Positions 18,876-22,967 of a stretch of 22,967 bases of DNA are shown in pieces. How positions within the stretch are numbered: the stretch's first letter is position 1; the number at the start of each line of letters is the position of its first letter. The stretch is from the NCBI GenBank assembly GCA_934660865.1, contig CAKUIA010000023.1, positions 1 through 22,967 on the forward strand. Reading direction: 5' to 3'. Source of the DNA: an uncultured Opitutales bacterium. GTDB lineage: Bacteria > Verrucomicrobiota > Verrucomicrobiia > Opitutales > Intestinicryptomonadaceae. The notes beneath the pieces are model-generated. The model worked only from the letters and a program-made list of their open reading frames with translations. It was not told the origin of the DNA and made no database searches. The position numbers and the translations under genes are program-made.

Positions 18876-19952
18876 ATGCAGGGGGCAATTCCCAATAGGT
18901 CGTACATAGAAATCAACCTAAAAAACCTCGAATCGAACGTAAGGAAAATCAAGGCTTCGCTGCCCGACGACTGCGCGTATGTGTGCATTGTTAAGGCCGA
19001 CGCCTACGGGCACTGTATGCCCCAAAGCCTTATGCGCTTTTTAAGCGGCGGTGCAGACTATTTTGCCGTTGCAAATATCTACGAGGCTTCGAGGGTGCGC
19101 GAGCTGGTTCTTACAAAGCCCATTTTGGTTTTAAGCCCCATTTTGGCGAGCGAACGCAGGCTTGTTTTCGACTACGGGGCGTGCCCTGCGGTTTCGAACG
19201 AAGCCGAGTGCGACGATTTCGACAAATTGGCAAAAGCGCGCAACACGGTTTTGCCCGTGCATATAAAGATAGATACGGGCATGGGGCGCGTGGGCGTTTG
19301 GCATACGCATGCGGTAGATTTCATAAAAAAAGTGCAAACCTACAAAAACCTGAAAATTGCGGGCGTGTTTACCCACCTTTCCTGCGCCGACTGCGACGCC
19401 GAATATACCGAAAAACAGCTGGATATTTTCAGAAAAATAGTGCTGAATTTCCCCGAAAGGAAAGACTGGCTTGTTCACGCCCATGCAAGCGCGGGGCTTG
19501 TTTTCTTCAAAAAGGGCGACGTTTTTAACGCCGTAAGAATGGGGTTGCTTCAATACGGCATTGTGCCGAACCCCGAAATGCAAAAGATGGACGTTTTGCC
19601 CGTAATGTCGTTTAAGGCAAGGGTTTCGGCCGTGGGCGAATGCAACGGCAAAAAAATTGCGGCAATTAGCGCGGGCTATGCCGACGGCGTTCCCGCCGAC
19701 TTTACCAAAGACGCCGTTGTTTTGATAGGCGGCAAAAAATGCCCCGTAGTCGGCGAAGTTTCGCTCGACGAAACCTACGCCGACGTTTCGGCCCTGCCCG
19801 ACGTAAAAAACGGCGACGAAGTTGTATTTATAGGCCAACAAAACGGCGAATCCATAGACTTGCACTCGTACAGCCTGTGGACAAGGCGTATCCCGTGGGA
19901 GACAATGGTTTCGATTCCCACAAGGGTTGCCAGAATTTTAATAACAAAGTGA
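18876..19952 (+). CDS. alr: Alanine racemase
   Basis: 358 aa. PLP-lysine motif VKADAYGH, then IKIDTGMGRVG and SAGYADG (catalytic Tyr region). AAGGGAG lies 10-16 nt upstream of the ATG. It follows the ligase gene after 15 nt. Confidence 0.9.
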   Translation: MQGAIPNRSYIEINLKNLESNVRKIKASLPDDCAYVCIVKADAYGHCMPQSLMRFLSGGADYFAVANIYEASRVRELVLTKPILVLSPILASERRLVFDYGACPAVSNEAECDDFDKLAKARNTVLPVHIKIDTGMGRVGVWHTHAVDFIKKVQTYKNLKIAGVFTHLSCADCDAEYTEKQLDIFRKIVLNFPERKDWLVHAHASAGLVFFKKGDVFNAVRMGLLQYGIVPNPEMQKMDVLPVMSFKARVSAVGECNGKKIAAISAGYADGVPADFTKDAVVLIGGKKCPVVGEVSLDETYADVSALPDVKNGDEVVFIGQQNGESIDLHSYSLWTRRIPWETMVSIPTRVARILITK

Positions 19953-19995
19953 AACTTTTTTTGCGCAGCGGCGTTTAACCAATAATACTCTATGT

Positions 19996-21063
19996 ATGGC
20001 AGACAGTTTGCGCAGTGAAATATTACCGTTAAAAAGTTCGCTTTTCTTTATAAAGATTGTCGAAACGCCAAAACGCATCGGCAAAAAAGACCTTTTCGGC
20101 TACGCAAAAGCCGAGCTTGAAATGTCGGCGCCGCTGCCGATGTCGCAAATTTCGTTTTGTTGCGCAAAAGGCGCGGGTTTTTGCGTGATTTTTGCGGCTT
20201 TAACCGAAAGATTGCAAAAAGCCGAATTGTCGCCGGATAGCGCAAAATATATAATCCCCGAAATTGCGCCGCTTGCATATTTTAAATTTAACGACGGCTG
20301 CAATATTGTAGAAACAAAAAATTCGGCGGTTGCGCTTTTTGTGGAAAAGGGCGTTGTAAGGGAAATTTTGCACAGGGAACTTTTGCCCGAAAGTTTGCAA
20401 AATACAAAGAAATTTTTTGCCGAAAAATTCGGCACAAAAAGCGTGTTCGAATACTCTTTTAAGGGCTTTAAAAAATCCGCCTTTGGCCGCTTTAAATGCG
20501 GGCTTGTAGATTCTAACGGTAAAGCTCTTTCCCGCACGTTTTCGGCGGCCGAATTGGAGTGCTGCGATGTGCGCGGCCCGGGCTATTTTTCCGAAAGGCG
20601 AGCTGCCAAAGCCAAATCGTTGGCGGCAAAATTCCCCGTTTACGGCGTATTTTTCTTTGCCGCTATTTTTGCCGTTTTAACGGCGCTTTTTTACGCGAAA
20701 AAAGCAAAATATAAAAGCATTAAGGCGCAGACCGAACAAATTGCCCCCGAGGCCACAAAGCTCGAAAAACTAAGCTCGCAAGTTTCGGCAATAAGGGATA
20801 TTTCTGTAAAAAAACTTTTCAACGCAATGCTTTTGGCAAGGGCAAATTCGGTGCGCCCCGACGGCGTTTTGTTTTTGCGCACATTTGCCGCAAGCCCCGC
20901 CGAGCTTGAAATTTCGGGTACGGCCGCGAATATTTCGCTTATAAACGACTACGTTCAGGAATTGAAAAAACAGCCCTTTATCGCAAAAGTCGAAAACGAG
21001 GTTTCGGCAAAAAGCGGCGCGGCAAAATTTTCGCTTAAAATAAAATTTGCGCAAAACAAATGA
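19996..21063 (+). CDS. Bitopic inner-membrane protein with GspL / fused PilM-PilN-like architecture
   Basis: 355 aa. A cytoplasmic domain of about 210 aa is followed by basic residues and one TM (aa 213-233, FPVYGVFFFAAIFAVLTALFY). A predicted coiled segment comes next, then a small alpha/beta C-terminus (VLFLRTFAASPAELEISGTAANISLINDYVQELKKQPFIAKVENEVS...FSLKIKF) typical of PilN/GspL periplasmic domains. The call rests on architecture plus weak motif similarity only. Confidence 0.45.
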   Translation: MADSLRSEILPLKSSLFFIKIVETPKRIGKKDLFGYAKAELEMSAPLPMSQISFCCAKGAGFCVIFAALTERLQKAELSPDSAKYIIPEIAPLAYFKFNDGCNIVETKNSAVALFVEKGVVREILHRELLPESLQNTKKFFAEKFGTKSVFEYSFKGFKKSAFGRFKCGLVDSNGKALSRTFSAAELECCDVRGPGYFSERRAAKAKSLAAKFPVYGVFFFAAIFAVLTALFYAKKAKYKSIKAQTEQIAPEATKLEKLSSQVSAIRDISVKKLFNAMLLARANSVRPDGVLFLRTFAASPAELEISGTAANISLINDYVQELKKQPFIAKVENEVSAKSGAAKFSLKIKFAQNK

Positions 21064-21590
21064 AGATATCCAAAAAAATATTCGACTTTTATTATTCGCG
21101 CAAAAAAAGCGAGCGCATTCTGCTTTTGGCAACATGCTATGTTGCGCTTGTTTGCTGGGCAATTTGGCTAAAGGGCAAATACGCAAGGCTGAACGAAAAT
21201 ATGCTTTCAATGCAGGGCAAGTTTTCGCAAATGCAAACTGTTTTGGGCTTTAAAGAGCAGATTTTAAAAGACCTAAAATTTGCAAAAAGTTCGGTAGATT
21301 CGCAAAAGACGGTAGACGGCAAAGCGCTGCAAATTATAGCCGAAAATTGCGCTGTTTCGGCCGGGCTAAGCTACGATATTTCCGACGTTTCGGTTTCGCC
21401 TTTGGGCGGCTTTAAAATTTTTACGCTAACATTGAATGTTTCGCGCTGCTCAATGCAGGGCGTTGTCGATTTCGAAAAAAATATTTTGGCACATTCGCCC
21501 TATGTTTTTGTAAATTCGGCCACAATAAGCTCGGGCGCGCGCGGCGCAATTTCCGCAAAATACCAAATATCCTCTTTTGTTGTTGAGTAG
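21060..21590 (+). CDS. Bitopic protein with GspM / PilO-like architecture
   Basis: 176 aa. A short basic N-terminus is followed by one TM (aa 20-36, ILLLATCYVALVCWAIW), a coiled segment, and a ferredoxin-like C-terminal pattern (FKIFTLTLNVSRCSMQGVVDFEKNILAHSPYVFVNSATISS...ISAKYQISSF). Its start overlaps the upstream stop (ATGA at 21060-21063). Confidence 0.45.
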   Translation: MKISKKIFDFYYSRKKSERILLLATCYVALVCWAIWLKGKYARLNENMLSMQGKFSQMQTVLGFKEQILKDLKFAKSSVDSQKTVDGKALQIIAENCAVSAGLSYDISDVSVSPLGGFKIFTLTLNVSRCSMQGVVDFEKNILAHSPYVFVNSATISSGARGAISAKYQISSFVVE

Positions 21591-21617
21591 AATTTTTCTT
21601 CGTAGTAGCATGCGGCT

Positions 21618-22577
21618 ATGAAGAATTTTTTACGCGCATTTTCGTTGTTTTTGGTTTTATCTAGCACGGCTTCTGTTTTTGCGGCGCATACCGAATTTTC
21701 GCTGTCTGTCGGTTCCGCAAAAAATAGTACGGCTACGTCTGCAAAAGTTTTAACGCTTTGCCCCGATGCCGAAAGCCTGCAAAAGGCATTGGCTGTTGCC
21801 GACAATTTAAACGCCGTTGCAAAGAGCGGCAACGAGGCGCAATTAAAGGCTTTGCTTAAAAACCAAAACGGCGTTGCAAAGGCCGCAAAGCTGCTAAAAA
21901 TGGCTACATTTAAAAATGCCAAAATAGAACCAATTTCGGTGTTTTTAGATAAAAACCATTATTTTGTTTTCTACAAAAGCGCCTCTCCTAAAATGCGCGC
22001 GGGTATGAATTTTATTGCGCTAGACAAAGATTTTAAGTGGGATTTGTCGAAAAGCGGGGTGTTGTATACGTCGCTTGCAAAGAGCGTAGATTCCGCAAAA
22101 AAATCCGAAATTGCCTTGCCCGAAAAATACGCAAAAAAACCTGTTGTGCTGTGTGGTGTAGAGGGCTTGCCACTAGAAAAATCCGACAGCGAAAGCCTTT
22201 TAAAAAATAAATACGTAGCGTTTTTCGAAGCCGCGCAAAGGGAGTTTCACTGCGGCAATTTTAGCGCCTTTTGCCGGTATTTAAGCGAAAAAAGCCTTGA
22301 TACCTACAGTAGGCTATATGGCGCAATGTCTAAAGACGAAATGCTAAAGGCAATGGGTTCGTATATGGATATGCGCAAAAAATATATCGCCTTTTGCGAT
22401 ATGGGCGGCCTTAAACTTATAGTGTTTATGCGGTATAACCTGAAAAATCCTGCGCAAAAAGAGGTGCTGGATTTCGGCTTTGTTTGCGTGCAAGACGGAA
22501 AAATGAAAATAGAAAACTATATGGAAAACGACTTTTATATTGCCGAAATCTTAAAAAGAATTTTTTGCGAAAAATAA
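21618..22577 (+). CDS. Secreted hypothetical protein of no family I recognise
   Basis: 319 aa. Signal peptide MKNFLRAFSLFLVLSSTASVFA|AH. Coding-like composition. It lies 27 nt after the GspM-like gene and is followed by a terminator. The two halves look similar: each has a helical stretch, then beta strands ending in ...DKDFKWDL or ...QDGKMKIENY. Confidence 0.6.
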   Translation: MKNFLRAFSLFLVLSSTASVFAAHTEFSLSVGSAKNSTATSAKVLTLCPDAESLQKALAVADNLNAVAKSGNEAQLKALLKNQNGVAKAAKLLKMATFKNAKIEPISVFLDKNHYFVFYKSASPKMRAGMNFIALDKDFKWDLSKSGVLYTSLAKSVDSAKKSEIALPEKYAKKPVVLCGVEGLPLEKSDSESLLKNKYVAFFEAAQREFHCGNFSAFCRYLSEKSLDTYSRLYGAMSKDEMLKAMGSYMDMRKKYIAFCDMGGLKLIVFMRYNLKNPAQKEVLDFGFVCVQDGKMKIENYMENDFYIAEILKRIFCEK

Positions 22578-22603
22578 AATATAGTTTTGTTTTTTTTGTA
22601 TAT

Positions 22604-22648
22604 AAAAGCCCGCAATGCTAGTAAAAATGCCGTATTGCGGGCTTTTTT
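22604..22648 (+). terminator. Rho-independent terminator ending the aas-alr-gspL/M-like cluster
   Basis: Stem GCCCGCAAT (22608-22616) pairs with ATTGCGGGC (22634-22642) around a 17-nt loop. T6 follows at 22643-22648. It lies 31 nt after the stop at 22577. Confidence 0.8.
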
Positions 22649-22691
22649 GTGCGCCGTATAAAGATATTTTTATTCATTGCGCTGTTTTTGT

Positions 22692-22721
22692 AAAATTGGC
22701 GGGTTTTCCGCCAAATTTTTT
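22692..22721 (+). terminator. Second terminator-like hairpin, about 50 nt downstream of the first
   Basis: Stem TTGGCGG (22696-22702) pairs with CCGCCAA (22708-22714) around the loop GTTTT. It is followed by A, then T6 (22716-22721). Confidence 0.5.
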
Positions 22722-22967
22722 AGATTTATGCAAATTTTTCCTTAAAAAAGTGGGCAAAAATCGGCTTATTTTCGGTAAAAATGAAAAAATTTTTAAATTT
22801 TTTTAGGAACAGGTTTTGCAAATTTTTGTCTTTGAAAATTAGAAAGATGTAATTGTAAAACGGCAATAATTTGCATATGAAATCGGGCTGATTTTTCTTT
22901 TTCCCTAAAAAAAGGCTTGCAAAATAAAATGCAAATGGCAGTATGGGAGGTCTTTTCAACATTGAGC

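Noticed and set aside
22728-22935. Recurrent (A/T)TGCAAAT-like words might be DnaA boxes or an origin-like element.
   Set aside because: They do not match the DnaA box consensus TTATCCACA. GCAAAT and TTGCAA words are also frequent in other intergenic spacers here, for example 10850-10900 and 12075-12085, so compositional bias is a sufficient explanation. I kept this only as a low-priority motif note.
22615-22962. Tracked ORFs in the right-hand tail: a 63-aa plus-strand ORF at 22615-22806 and a 78-aa minus-strand ORF at 22726-22962.
   Set aside because: They run through terminator hairpins and AT-rich low-complexity sequence (F/K/I/L-rich). They overlap each other on opposite strands and show no coding-like composition.

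Overview
The window looks like ordinary chromosomal core DNA from a diderm bacterium. I cannot assign a taxon from sequence alone. SD-like sites and TTGACA/TATAAT-like promoters argue against Bacteroidetes-style expression signals. I support 19 CDS and found no tRNA, rRNA, CRISPR, transposase or integrase. Left to right: (1) the tail of a bat (aerotolerance-type) operon: a 5'-truncated Q/N-rich protein, batD and batE. (2) rho and sufS, transcribed divergently. (3) A minus-strand yraN-ruvB-FAD-oxidoreductase operon. (4) Minus-strand glycolytic genes, with gap separated from pgk-tpiA by a 335-bp spacer carrying its own terminator. (5) A tightly coupled minus-strand trio: an FtsB-like protein, a cytoplasmic GH13 pullulanase-type debranching enzyme, and a 707-aa secreted protein made of one LptC-like plus four LptA/OstA-like modules. 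(6) A plus-strand cluster: an Aas-like acyl-ACP/AMP ligase, alr, a GspL/PilMN-like bitopic protein, a GspM/PilO-like protein, and a 319-aa secreted protein of no family I recognise. (7) A 390-bp AT-rich non-coding tail. Six clean rho-independent hairpins, two of them bidirectional, plus a weaker back-up hairpin in the tail, delimit the transcription units. The best second-look candidates are the orphan GspL/GspM-like pair with its unknown secreted partner, the five-module Lpt-like concatemer, and a Rho that cannot encode the N-terminal helix bundle. I see no defence island or mobile element, and no clearly novel system can be demonstrated from sequence alone.
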